Both the position numbers and the translations under genes were made by a program. Shown piece by piece: positions 36,723-44,941 of a stretch of 64,000 bases of DNA. Origin of the DNA: Patescibacteria group bacterium (GTDB taxonomy: Bacteria > Patescibacteriota > Minisyncoccia > Minisyncoccales > JANBVM01); NCBI GenBank assembly GCA_024238995.1, contig JANBVL010000003.1:6098-70097 (forward strand), in the 5' to 3' direction. Every line of letters begins with the position of its first letter. The stretch's first letter is position 1. The notes under the pieces were generated by a model, which searched no databases, was not told where the DNA came from, and saw only the letters and a list, made by a program, of their open reading frames with translations.

Positions 36723-39173
36723 TTATTTATTCATACAGCACTTTTTATATTTCTTTTTTGAACCACATGGACATGGTTCATTTCTTCCAATCTTTTTTTT
36801 AGCCTGAGGAACATAACGTTGGGCTGGCGCATCAGGAGCTGGACCAAGCTTTGCATTTAAAATACTGAAGGTAACAGTTTTCTCTAAAGTATCAAGTAAT
36901 TTCTTAAACATTTTATGACCTTCTTTTTTATACTCTACTAAAGGATTTTTCTGACCATAAGCTCTTAAACTTACTGAATCTTTTAAATATTCCATATTAT
37001 CCAAATGCCCCACCCAAAGCATATCTAAAACTCTAAAGTAAAGGGATTTAAAAACATTGTCAGCATTTTCCCCAAATTCCTTTTCTTTTTTTTCATAATC
37101 TTCCTGCTTTAACTTTGAATTCTTAAACATTTCTAGAATAAATGGTTTTAATTCTTTATTCTGAGCTTTTTCTAAAAATTCCCTTCTTTTTTTATAAACA
37201 ACATCACGATGTTTGTTAATAACATCATCATATTCTAAAACATGTTTTCTAGCATCAAAGTTCATTCCTTCAATTCTTGACTGGGCATCTTCAATTGCTT
37301 TTGATATTAAATTAGCTTCAATGGGCTGGTCGTCAGGAAGATTTAATTTTGTAATTAATTTTTTCAATCTTTCTCCCCCAAAAATTCTCATTAAATCATC
37401 TTCTAAAGATAAAAAGAACTGACTTGATCCAGAATCGCCCTGTCTTCCTGATCTTCCCCTTAACTGATTATCAATACGCCTTGCTTCATGCCTTTCAGTT
37501 CCAATAACATGAAGGCCGCCTAATTGTTTTACCTTTTCAGCTTGTTCTTTAGTTACTGGATTTCCTCCTAGGACTATATCAACTCCTCTTCCAGCCATGT
37601 TAGTGGCAATTGTAACAGCATCTAGCTTTCCAGCTTGAGCAATAATCTCACCTTCTTTTTGATGATTTTTAGCGTTTAAAACTTGGTGTTTAATCCCTTG
37701 TCTTTGCAGTAGCTTTGACAAGTATTCATTTTTTTCGATTGAACGAGTTCCAACCAGCACTGGCTGACCTAGCTCATTTCTTTTTTTAATTTCATTTACA
37801 ATCTCCTGATACTTTACTTGCTCAGTCTTGTAAATCTTATCAGCTAAAGCAATTCTTATTAACTTTTTATTTGTAGGAACAACAATGACATCCAAACCAT
37901 AAACTTTTTCGAATTCCTCAGCTGATGTTAAGGCTGTTCCAGTCATTCCAGCAAGTTTTTTATACATTCTAAATAAATTCTGAAAAGTAATAGAAGCCAG
38001 TGTTACTGATTCTGGCCTAATATACAATCCCTCTTTTGCTTCTATCGCCTGATGGAGCCCTTTTGACCAGCGCCTGCCAGGCATCAGTCTTCCAGTAAAT
38101 TCATCAACAATTATTATCTCTCCATTTTTAACTACATAATGAACATCTTTAATAAATAGTGGTTTTTTGTCTGATACTTTACGAGCTTGAGCTCTTAAAG
38201 CTTGCTCTAAATATCTTAGATATCTTATTCCTTTGGACTCATAAATATTTTCAATTTTTAAAATCTTTTCAACTTTATTAATTCCTTTTTCTGTTAAAGA
38301 AACTGTTTTTGATTTTTCATCAACCTCATAATCAATTTCTGAATCTAACTTTGGAATTATTCCTGCAAAATCCTTGTACCACCTTGAGCTTTCCATATCA
38401 GGAGCTGAAATAATTAAAGGAGTTCTTGCTTCATCAATTAAAATTGAATCAATTTCATCAATAATTGCAAAATTAAAATCTCTTTGAACACGCTGACTTA
38501 AATCATAAATCATGTTATCCCTTAAATAATCAAAGCCGAACTCATTATTAGTTCCATAAGTTATATCAGCACTATAGGCTTGCCTTCTTTCACATGGTCT
38601 TAAAAAATCTTCAACAACATAAAAACCACCTAGCTCATCTCTTTTTTGATCTTTTTCTTCTTCTGATTTTTTAAACTCAGGATCATAAATAAAAGACTGT
38701 TGGTGGTTAATGCATCCTATACTCAAACCTAAAGCATGATAAATCTGACCCATCCAAACAGCATCACGCCTGGCTAGATAATCATTAACAGTAATTAAAT
38801 GTGCTCCTTTCCCCGTTAAGGCGTTTAAGTATAAAGGAAGAGTTGCTGCCAAGGTTTTTCCCTCACCTGTTTTCATTTCAGCAATCTTTCTTTGATGAAG
38901 CACAATTCCTCCTATAATTTGAGAATCATAAGGACGCTGGTTTAAAGTCCTTTTTGATGTTTCTCTTATAGCTGCAAAAGCTTCTGGTAAAATATTATCT
39001 AAAGTTTCTTCTTTTTCTAATCTTTTTTTAAATTCAGTAGTTTTTTCTTTTAACTGTTCATTAGAAAAACCTTCAAATTCTTTTTCAAGGGAATTGATTT
39101 TTTCAACTATGGATTTAATTTTTTCTAAATATTTTTCATTAGGTTTTCTGAAAACCCTATCTAAAATTGACAT
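36723..39173 (-). CDS. secA: preprotein translocase ATPase SecA
   Basis: 816 aa with Walker A MKTGEGKTL, a DEAD-like motor and C-terminal zinc finger CPCGSKKKYKKCC. Confidence 0.95.
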   Translation of the reverse strand: MSILDRVFRKPNEKYLEKIKSIVEKINSLEKEFEGFSNEQLKEKTTEFKKRLEKEETLDNILPEAFAAIRETSKRTLNQRPYDSQIIGGIVLHQRKIAEMKTGEGKTLAATLPLYLNALTGKGAHLITVNDYLARRDAVWMGQIYHALGLSIGCINHQQSFIYDPEFKKSEEEKDQKRDELGGFYVVEDFLRPCERRQAYSADITYGTNNEFGFDYLRDNMIYDLSQRVQRDFNFAIIDEIDSILIDEARTPLIISAPDMESSRWYKDFAGIIPKLDSEIDYEVDEKSKTVSLTEKGINKVEKILKIENIYESKGIRYLRYLEQALRAQARKVSDKKPLFIKDVHYVVKNGEIIIVDEFTGRLMPGRRWSKGLHQAIEAKEGLYIRPESVTLASITFQNLFRMYKKLAGMTGTALTSAEEFEKVYGLDVIVVPTNKKLIRIALADKIYKTEQVKYQEIVNEIKKRNELGQPVLVGTRSIEKNEYLSKLLQRQGIKHQVLNAKNHQKEGEIIAQAGKLDAVTIATNMAGRGVDIVLGGNPVTKEQAEKVKQLGGLHVIGTERHEARRIDNQLRGRSGRQGDSGSSQFFLSLEDDLMRIFGGERLKKLITKLNLPDDQPIEANLISKAIEDAQSRIEGMNFDARKHVLEYDDVINKHRDVVYKKRREFLEKAQNKELKPFILEMFKNSKLKQEDYEKKEKEFGENADNVFKSLYFRVLDMLWVGHLDNMEYLKDSVSLRAYGQKNPLVEYKKEGHKMFKKLLDTLEKTVTFSILNAKLGPAPDAPAQRYVPQAKKKIGRNEPCPCGSKKKYKKCCMNK

Positions 39174-39191
39174 AATTTATTCATCTTAAAT

Positions 39192-39221
39192 AAAAAAAAA
39201 CAGAAGAGCAAGACTTCTTCT
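39192..39221 (-). terminator. intrinsic terminator ending the polyamine operon
   Basis: The RNA reads AGAAGA-AGUCUUGC-UCUUCU followed by G and nine U. Confidence 0.5.
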
Positions 39222-39234
39222 AGCAAGAAGTAAA

Positions 39235-40212
39235 TCAGGATCTCTTTAAAGAAACTTGGATTTTAATCTGAGAAATGATCTTTTCAAACAGTCCTTTATT
39301 ATCTTGACCTAATTGTTCTGGAAAAAACAATCCTTTTTGAGAAATATTTTTACTCAAAACTTCTTTTGCTAAAACTGTTGGGAAAATTGCTGTAATTTTT
39401 TGCATTGAATTTAATGATTCATTTTTCTTTGAAATTGATTTCATCTTCCAAGTAATTTGTTTTTTATCAGTTTTAATTTTAATTATTCCAACAGTTAAAT
39501 TATCTTGTTTCTTAGACTCTAATTTTTTTGCTGTAGATCCAATATTCTCATCTTTTAATAGATTTTTATTATTTAAAGATTTAAAAAATTCATGAAAACC
39601 TAAATTCCTAATTATCCTATAACTCATATTTTTAACCTTTAAATTATCGATTAAAGAGCCTAATCCTTCAGCCAAATATGTTTCAGAATTAATTCCTTGA
39701 ATTTTTTGTTTCTTATAATCAGAAAAAGGTTTTACTTTAACTTTTTTTCCATTTTTAATTAATATTGGCTCTAGCTGATGTCCTTCTATTAAATCTTCAA
39801 AGCACCATAGGAATGGAAATGAGTTTTTTTGTCCTGACAAACTTCCTGCTGAAATTTCGATTTGTTTAACTTTATTCTGTCTTGCTTCCCTGCCACATAT
39901 AAAATTAATAAGTCCTGGAGAAAAACCAGCAAAAGGAATTACTAAAATTCCTGCTTTTTTAATTTTGTTTTCGTTTTCTAAATAAAATTCATAATCTAAA
40001 TCAGAAATATCAATAAAATCTTTCTTATGCTTCAAAGCTAGTTTCAAACCAAGCTCTCCGATATCACCAGGCAAAGCTGAAATTATTAAATCAGCATTTT
40101 TAACATTTTCTTCTGAATTAAAAAAACAAGCTTTTGTCTTGCTTTTTTCACGCCTTAAATAATGAATAAGTGCTTTCCCTATTCTTCCTTTCCCCAGAAT
40201 TAAAACTTTCAT
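39235..40212 (-). CDS. saccharopine-dehydrogenase-family NAD(P) oxidoreductase, polyamine-operon associated
   Basis: 325 aa with an N-terminal Rossmann motif (KVLILGKGRIGKA) and GFSPGLINF, typical of saccharopine or carboxy(nor)spermidine dehydrogenase folds. Its start overlaps the speE stop (ATGA). Confidence 0.5.
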   Translation of the reverse strand: MKVLILGKGRIGKALIHYLRREKSKTKACFFNSEENVKNADLIISALPGDIGELGLKLALKHKKDFIDISDLDYEFYLENENKIKKAGILVIPFAGFSPGLINFICGREARQNKVKQIEISAGSLSGQKNSFPFLWCFEDLIEGHQLEPILIKNGKKVKVKPFSDYKKQKIQGINSETYLAEGLGSLIDNLKVKNMSYRIIRNLGFHEFFKSLNNKNLLKDENIGSTAKKLESKKQDNLTVGIIKIKTDKKQITWKMKSISKKNESLNSMQKITAIFPTVLAKEVLSKNISQKGLFFPEQLGQDNKGLFEKIISQIKIQVSLKRS

Positions 40213-41102
40213 TTTATTTTATAAGCTTCAGGTAAAACCATACTAGCTTTATGGATTTCTGGAGAATAATATTTAAACTTGTGTTTTTTAGCTAATTTAT
40301 CAAACTTACCTTGTATTTTTTTAAAATTAATTTTTCCCAAATCTATGCTTTCAGAACCAGCAATAAAACTATATTCTCCGCAATGATAAGACGGCACAGT
40401 AAATCTGTAAATAACAGTGTTAGAAAAGATTGCTTTTATTCCTTTAAAAATCTTTTTAATTAGAGTATTAAAATCTAAAAAAGAAGCTCCCAAAGTAATA
40501 ATAATTCCATGTTTAGTCAAAGATTTTAAAACCTGATTATAAAACACTTTAGTGTATAAAGGAGAAGACAAGCCCTGATATTCTAAATTCGTACAATCAA
40601 TAATTACTGCATCATAATGATTAATATGTTTTTTAATAAAATCTTGCCCTGGTTCAATGTAAACATTAACCCTTTTATCAGAAAAAGATTTTTTATTAAT
40701 AGAAATAAGATGTTTTTTACAAATCTTTATAAACTCCTCATCCAGCTCAACTAAATCTACTTTTTTAACATTATGCTTTAAAACTTCTCTTAAAATACAA
40801 CCATCACCTCCCCCAATAATTAAAATATTTTTAGGGTTGGGGTGGGAAAACATTACTGGATGAACCATTATCTCGTGGTAAATAAACTCATCTTTTTGAG
40901 ATAATTGATTGATGCCATCTAAAAAAAGAATTCTACCATATAAGTCATTATCAAAAATCAAAACATTCTGGAACTTGGTTTTTCCTTTAAATATTAATTT
41001 ATCAATAGAAAAACAATGTTCTATTGTTTTTTTTCGTTTTCCAGGAAGTGATTTTTCACAAAACCACTTTTTTTTAGAGATAGGCATAAAACGGCTTATC
41101 AA
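40209..41102 (-). CDS. speE: spermidine synthase (polyamine aminopropyltransferase)
   Basis: 297 aa with IIGGGDGCILREVLKH, DLVELDEEF and DAVIIDCTN motifs. Confidence 0.85.
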   Translation of the reverse strand: MISRFMPISKKKWFCEKSLPGKRKKTIEHCFSIDKLIFKGKTKFQNVLIFDNDLYGRILFLDGINQLSQKDEFIYHEIMVHPVMFSHPNPKNILIIGGGDGCILREVLKHNVKKVDLVELDEEFIKICKKHLISINKKSFSDKRVNVYIEPGQDFIKKHINHYDAVIIDCTNLEYQGLSSPLYTKVFYNQVLKSLTKHGIIITLGASFLDFNTLIKKIFKGIKAIFSNTVIYRFTVPSYHCGEYSFIAGSESIDLGKINFKKIQGKFDKLAKKHKFKYYSPEIHKASMVLPEAYKIK

Positions 41103-42201
41103 ACTTAACTCTTCTTGGTCTTTTACCCAGATAATTGAAAATGTATAAAGCAGCGCCTAATTTAGGTGATTTTTCAATAGTTTTTTTATTAATAAATTTA
41201 GTCATTCTTTTTAAAACAACTTCATCTTCCTTGTACAACTTAATATGAGGGTAATAAACTTTATTTAGAATCAATTCATTAATAATTAGATTATTTTTTG
41301 AAAAGAATTCTTGCAGAAACAAAAACCTATTTCCTATTGCCTCATCTCCTATCTCTAAAAACACAAAGCCACCATCTTTTCCTAACTGATCTGTGCCAAA
41401 CTTAATAAATGTTTTGATTCCATCTTCTGTATAAATTGGGTTGGCTAAAAATCCAACAAAGTTTTCTTTTAAATCTTTTTTCTTACTTAAATCAACTTTT
41501 TTAGTTTTAATTTTTAAGTCAAACTTCTTGGCCAAGATATCAATACATTCTAAAAGTTGAGTATCAATGTCAATTGCCAGGCATTCAATATTTGGATCAG
41601 CTAAAGTCAGAATAACTGAAATAAAGTCATCATCACCGACAAGTAGAAACTTTTTGTTAAAAGGAATCTTTGCAAGTATTTTCTCTGCAACAAAAAATGC
41701 AGATTCAGCTGATATTGGCATTTGGTCCCATTTAGCTTTAACTTTAAATCTTTCAAACTTTTTAAATAAATTAATAACTGCTTGTTTGTCTTGAGCTTTA
41801 ATTTTTAATTTCTTTTCAACAACACTTTTAATCTGTTTGGCGGTTTGAGGTTTGGGAATAAACTTTTCAATTCTTTTTTTAAGTAAAGTAGTTTTTCCAT
41901 TTCTTGAAACTTTAATTATTTTTTCATCTGTTAAAAGTTTCAGATAAGGATATAGATCCCAGTCTTCTAAGGCTTCTTTTGTAATAAATTCAAAAACATT
42001 GTCAGAATAAATTATTGTTTTGATGTCATGCAAAAACCCTAAGAATGTAGGTTTGTAATAATTATCATAAAACTCACCAAGAATCTTATCTGACACCTTC
42101 AAATCCTCAAGGCTTGTTGAGTGCTTTTTTCTGTCTTCAATAAACCTTGTTTTCTGAGATTTTAAAAATCTGATATATAGTTTTTTAAAATATTTTTCCA
42201 T
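41074..42201 (-). CDS. DUF43/BpsA-like aminopropyltransferase (branched-chain polyamine synthase homologue)
   Basis: 375 aa. LLVGDDDFISVILTL, LAIDIDTQLLECI and FVGFLANPIYTEDGIKTFIKFG align by eye with the recalled BpsA blocks VLGDDDLTSVAL, VLDIDERL and FDTFITDPPETVEAIRAFVGRG. The DPP triad is replaced by NPI. Confidence 0.6.
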   Translation of the reverse strand: MEKYFKKLYIRFLKSQKTRFIEDRKKHSTSLEDLKVSDKILGEFYDNYYKPTFLGFLHDIKTIIYSDNVFEFITKEALEDWDLYPYLKLLTDEKIIKVSRNGKTTLLKKRIEKFIPKPQTAKQIKSVVEKKLKIKAQDKQAVINLFKKFERFKVKAKWDQMPISAESAFFVAEKILAKIPFNKKFLLVGDDDFISVILTLADPNIECLAIDIDTQLLECIDILAKKFDLKIKTKKVDLSKKKDLKENFVGFLANPIYTEDGIKTFIKFGTDQLGKDGGFVFLEIGDEAIGNRFLFLQEFFSKNNLIINELILNKVYYPHIKLYKEDEVVLKRMTKFINKKTIEKSPKLGAALYIFNYLGKRPRRVKFDKPFYAYL

Positions 42202-42205
42202 TGTT

Positions 42206-42601
42206 TTAAGCTTTGCCTCTTTTTACTTTCTGAATTTCAATTTTCTTAGGGACAAATACACTTTTTAAATAATCTAAAGCCTTATCGGGAGCAGATTTAT
42301 CACCACAAGTAAAAATATCAATAGCAACATAATTGTATTCAGGCCAAGAATGAAGTGTAAGATGACTTTCAGCTAATAAAACAACCCCAGTGATTCCCTG
42401 CGGTTCAAATTTATGGATTACAATTTTTAAAGGAGTACAATTAGCTTTTTTTACTGCTCTGATGAGAATTTCTTTGATTTCTTTCTTATCTTCAATAATT
42501 CTGCCATTCCAAAATTCAGCGATCAGATGAACGCCTGCGTGTTGAAATTTATTTTTTGTATCTATGGTCCATTTAATAGACCTCTTTGTTTTTGTGTTCA
42601 T
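42206..42601 (-). CDS. speH: S-adenosylmethionine decarboxylase proenzyme (class 1, SpeH/SpeD)
   Basis: The ORF-track start (42613) is TTG. ATG at 42601 gives MNTKTKRS... The self-processing site LLAESHLTLHSWPE (E|S cleavage yields the pyruvoyl group) is present. Confidence 0.85.
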   Translation of the reverse strand: MNTKTKRSIKWTIDTKNKFQHAGVHLIAEFWNGRIIEDKKEIKEILIRAVKKANCTPLKIVIHKFEPQGITGVVLLAESHLTLHSWPEYNYVAIDIFTCGDKSAPDKALDYLKSVFVPKKIEIQKVKRGKA

Positions 42602-42610
42602 AGTTTTAGT

Positions 42611-42705
42611 CAATCGCTTTATCTTTCAGCACTAATTAATGCTGAAAAACTCGCTCAACAACTTGTAGGTTGTTGAGAAAAACAAAGAGTTAAAAAAAGC
42701 GATTG
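42611..42705 (-). promoter_or_regulatory. structured three-way-junction RNA leader upstream of speH
   Basis: There are three perfect helices. P1 is 10 bp (42611-42620 with 42696-42705). One hairpin is 9 bp (42654-42662 with 42669-42677). The other is 8 bp (42624-42631 with 42640-42647). The P1 3' strand ends 9 nt before the AUG. Confidence 0.4.
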
Positions 42706-42737
42706 AGGTTACCTTAAAATGAAGTTCATCTTAAGGA

Positions 42738-43175
42738 TCAGATTCCTTCTTCTAAATTTCTTTCTCGTTTATGAAATCTAGCAGAAGGAGAAATTTTGGA
42801 TTCTTTTTTTGATACTCGACTTTTTCTTTTAAATTTTGCAGTCATTTTTGCTTTCTGACTCCTTAATTGCCTTTGGAGATCAGCTCTAACATCGTCTAAA
42901 GCAGTTCTAATGTCAGCTGAAATAGCTTCTGAACGAATAGTTCCCCCTGGAAACCTCAATTGACATCCTGCTTTAAAAAAAAGGCCTTTTTTGTGATGAG
43001 TGCCTTTTTCGATCTCAACAAAAGCTTCCAATGATGGTTTAATCTTGCCAGAAAGACTGCGATAATTATTATTAGCAAATCTAGTGAATTTTTCAAGAGG
43101 GCTTATTTTTTTCTCAATAAACTTATAAATACTAGGAACCAACTTTATTTTGGTAGTTTTAATATTTATCTTCAT
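42738..43175 (-). CDS. hpf: ribosome hibernation promoting factor (HPF/RaiA family) with basic C-terminal tail
   Basis: 145 aa. The N-terminal ~105 aa fit the S30AE/HPF pattern (MKINIKTTKIKLVPSIYKFIEKKISPLEKF ... DIRTALDDVRADLQRQL). Confidence 0.7.
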   Translation of the reverse strand: MKINIKTTKIKLVPSIYKFIEKKISPLEKFTRFANNNYRSLSGKIKPSLEAFVEIEKGTHHKKGLFFKAGCQLRFPGGTIRSEAISADIRTALDDVRADLQRQLRSQKAKMTAKFKRKSRVSKKESKISPSARFHKRERNLEEGI

Positions 43176-43263
43176 AAAAAAGGAAAACCCCCACGCTTTT
43201 TCTAGTGTATCATTTTAAAAAACTTTTACAAGTTTGAAATGATTAAGGTGGGGGAAAGGCTTT

Positions 43264-43446
43264 TTATCTCTTTTTTCTTCTTCTCTTTGCTGGTTTTCTT
43301 TTAGTTGCTTTCTTTCTTTTCTTTGCTGGCTTTCTTTTTCTTGCGACTTTTCTTCTCTTTGCTGGCTTTCTTTTTCTTGCGACTTTTCTTCTTTTAGTTG
43401 TTTTCCTTTTTTTTGGTGCAGCTTTCTTTCTTTTTCTTTTTACCAT
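43264..43446 (-). CDS. histone-H1-like Lys/Arg/Pro/Ala repeat protein (60 aa)
   Basis: About 70 percent K+R, with the repeated unit KRKPAKRRKVAR. It is encoded by a tandem DNA repeat. Confidence 0.6.
   Translation of the reverse strand: MVKRKRKKAAPKKRKTTKRRKVARKRKPAKRRKVARKRKPAKKRKKATKRKPAKRRRKKR
43321..43392 (-). repeat. two perfect 36-bp tandem copies inside the H1-like gene
   Basis: ctttgctggctttctttttcttgcgacttttcttct occurs at 43321-43356 and again at 43357-43392. Degenerate copies flank both sides. Confidence 0.9.
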
Positions 43447-43705
43447 AATTTTGAAAAAAAATTATTTATTTTCATTGGCAGATAGTCGACTTCCCTATCG
43501 CCTTTTTTAGAAATTAATTTTAAAAAATTTTTAAAACAAAAAACTTTTTTAATTTTTAATTTATTATTATATTTTTTCATTTACAAAATTAATGTCAAGT
43601 GTTAAAAACTATTTTTTGTAACTTTTTTAAAAAAAATTTGATTTTGAAACAAAAAAAACAAACTTTTTAGTTTTGTTCTTTAGTTTTTTAAAAGTTTCAA
43701 CAAGT

Positions 43706-44689
43706 TTAAAAATTAAAATATTGAATTTCTTCTTCTAAAATAATTCCAAATTTGTTTTTAACTTTAGTTTTTATTAATTCAATTAATTTTTTTACATCTT
43801 TTGCTTTTGCATTTCCTAAATTAACAATAAAGTTTGCGTGTTTTTCTGAAACTTTTGCTTCTCCAATAATTTTTCCTTTTAAATCGCATTTATCAATTAA
43901 ATAACCTGCGGATATTGTTCTCTTCTCAATAAATTTTTCTAATTCTGGAAATTCTTTTAAAAGCTTCTTATCAAAATTAGAAATTTTTGATTTTGTTAAC
44001 GCATAATTTTTAAAGATACTTCCTATAGAAGGAAAGCTTAAAGGTTGTGTTTTTTTACGATAAGCTAGATATGCTTTCATTTTCTTTTCAATTTCTATTT
44101 TATCTTCTTCTTTTAACTGAATTACACAAGATAAAACAATCAAATTAGGATTTTCTTTAAAAATACTGGTCCTATAATTAAATTTACAATCTTTGTTTTT
44201 AAAGATTTTGACTTCCTCTTTTTCTCTGTCAAAAACTTCTACCTGTTTTATAACATCTCCTATTGAGCCCCTTATTGAACCACCAGAAGCACCAGCATTT
44301 CCTCTTGTAGCTCCTCCTACTGTTCCTGGAATCCCTGTTAATGGTTCTAAGCCGGTTAAATTATTCTCTAAAGCAATGTTTACTAACGTTGCTGTTGATA
44401 AGCCTGCCTCTGTTAAAATTTCATTGTTTTGAATTTTAAATTCTGACATCTGAATTTTTATAACCAATCCTTGATACTCTTTATCTGATATTAATAATTT
44501 GCTTCCGCCTCCTAAAATAAAAAACAACAAGTTATATTTCCTTGCTAATTTTACAGCTTTTATTAAATCCTGTTTTTTTCTGACTACAAAAAAATATTTT
44601 GTTTTCCCTCCAACTCTAAATGTAGAATGATTCTTTAACGAAACATTTAATTGTACACCAGAAAGATCGCTTTCAAATTCTTGGCCCAT
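43706..44689 (-). CDS. murB: UDP-N-acetylenolpyruvoylglucosamine reductase
   Basis: 327 aa with an FAD-binding N-terminal domain (FRVGGKTKYFF, ILGGGSKLL) and a MurB C-terminal domain (AGYLIDKCDLKG, SEKHANFIVN). Confidence 0.88.
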   Translation of the reverse strand: MGQEFESDLSGVQLNVSLKNHSTFRVGGKTKYFFVVRKKQDLIKAVKLARKYNLLFFILGGGSKLLISDKEYQGLVIKIQMSEFKIQNNEILTEAGLSTATLVNIALENNLTGLEPLTGIPGTVGGATRGNAGASGGSIRGSIGDVIKQVEVFDREKEEVKIFKNKDCKFNYRTSIFKENPNLIVLSCVIQLKEEDKIEIEKKMKAYLAYRKKTQPLSFPSIGSIFKNYALTKSKISNFDKKLLKEFPELEKFIEKRTISAGYLIDKCDLKGKIIGEAKVSEKHANFIVNLGNAKAKDVKKLIELIKTKVKNKFGIILEEEIQYFNF

Positions 44690-44781
44690 ACGTTCTAATT
44701 AGGCGATTGCTTAATGAAAACGTATGGGCCAGAAGAGTTACTCCTATTCTAAGTCTTTAGTGAGTGCTATCCTCCTGACCC
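44683..44781 (-). promoter_or_regulatory. murB leader with start-codon-sequestering hairpin and a competing upstream helix
   Basis: A 12-bp perfect stem pairs GGCCCAUACGUU (44730-44719) with AACGUAUGGGCC (44694-44683), which contains the AUG. The alternative helix GGGUCAG (44781-44775) / CUGGCCC (44732-44726) uses the same GGCCC. Confidence 0.4.
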
Positions 44782-44830
44782 ACTTATATTCTAAAACATT
44801 ATTTTAAAAAAGAAAAGATTTATCATAAAA

Positions 44831-44859
44831 GCAAAAACCCCGTAAAACGGGGCTTTTGC
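44831..44859 (-). terminator. intrinsic terminator after the secreted peptidase-like gene
   Basis: The RNA reads GCAAAAGCCCCG-UUUUA-CGGGGUUUUUGC followed by UUUUAUGAU. Confidence 0.75.
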
Positions 44860-44941
44860 CGACTAGGAATGGAGTTCTAAAAACAGAACCGCACTCACTA
44901 ATTCAATATTAACAATATTTTTGTTTTTTGTCAATACTAGG

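Noticed and set aside
43192-43256. CCCCCAC ... GUGGGGG long-range pairing between the H1-like gene and hpf, as a possible regulatory RNA.
   Set aside because: A 7-bp stem with a loop of about 45 nt, followed by a U-rich run, is adequately explained as a leaky terminator or processing hairpin within a co-transcribed pair. I saw no further structure.
43447-43705. Replication origin in the AT-rich 260-bp spacer.
   Set aside because: There is no cluster of DnaA boxes; the single near-match TTTTCCACA is far away, at about 46671. No dnaA or dnaN gene is nearby. Gene orientation does not switch here.
44758-44781. SRP (4.5S) RNA, suggested by GUCAGGAGGAUAGCA on the minus strand.
   Set aside because: It only loosely resembles the GGUCAGGUCCGGAAGGAAGCAGC domain IV consensus. 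The GNAR tetraloop hairpin and the symmetric-loop partner strand are absent.
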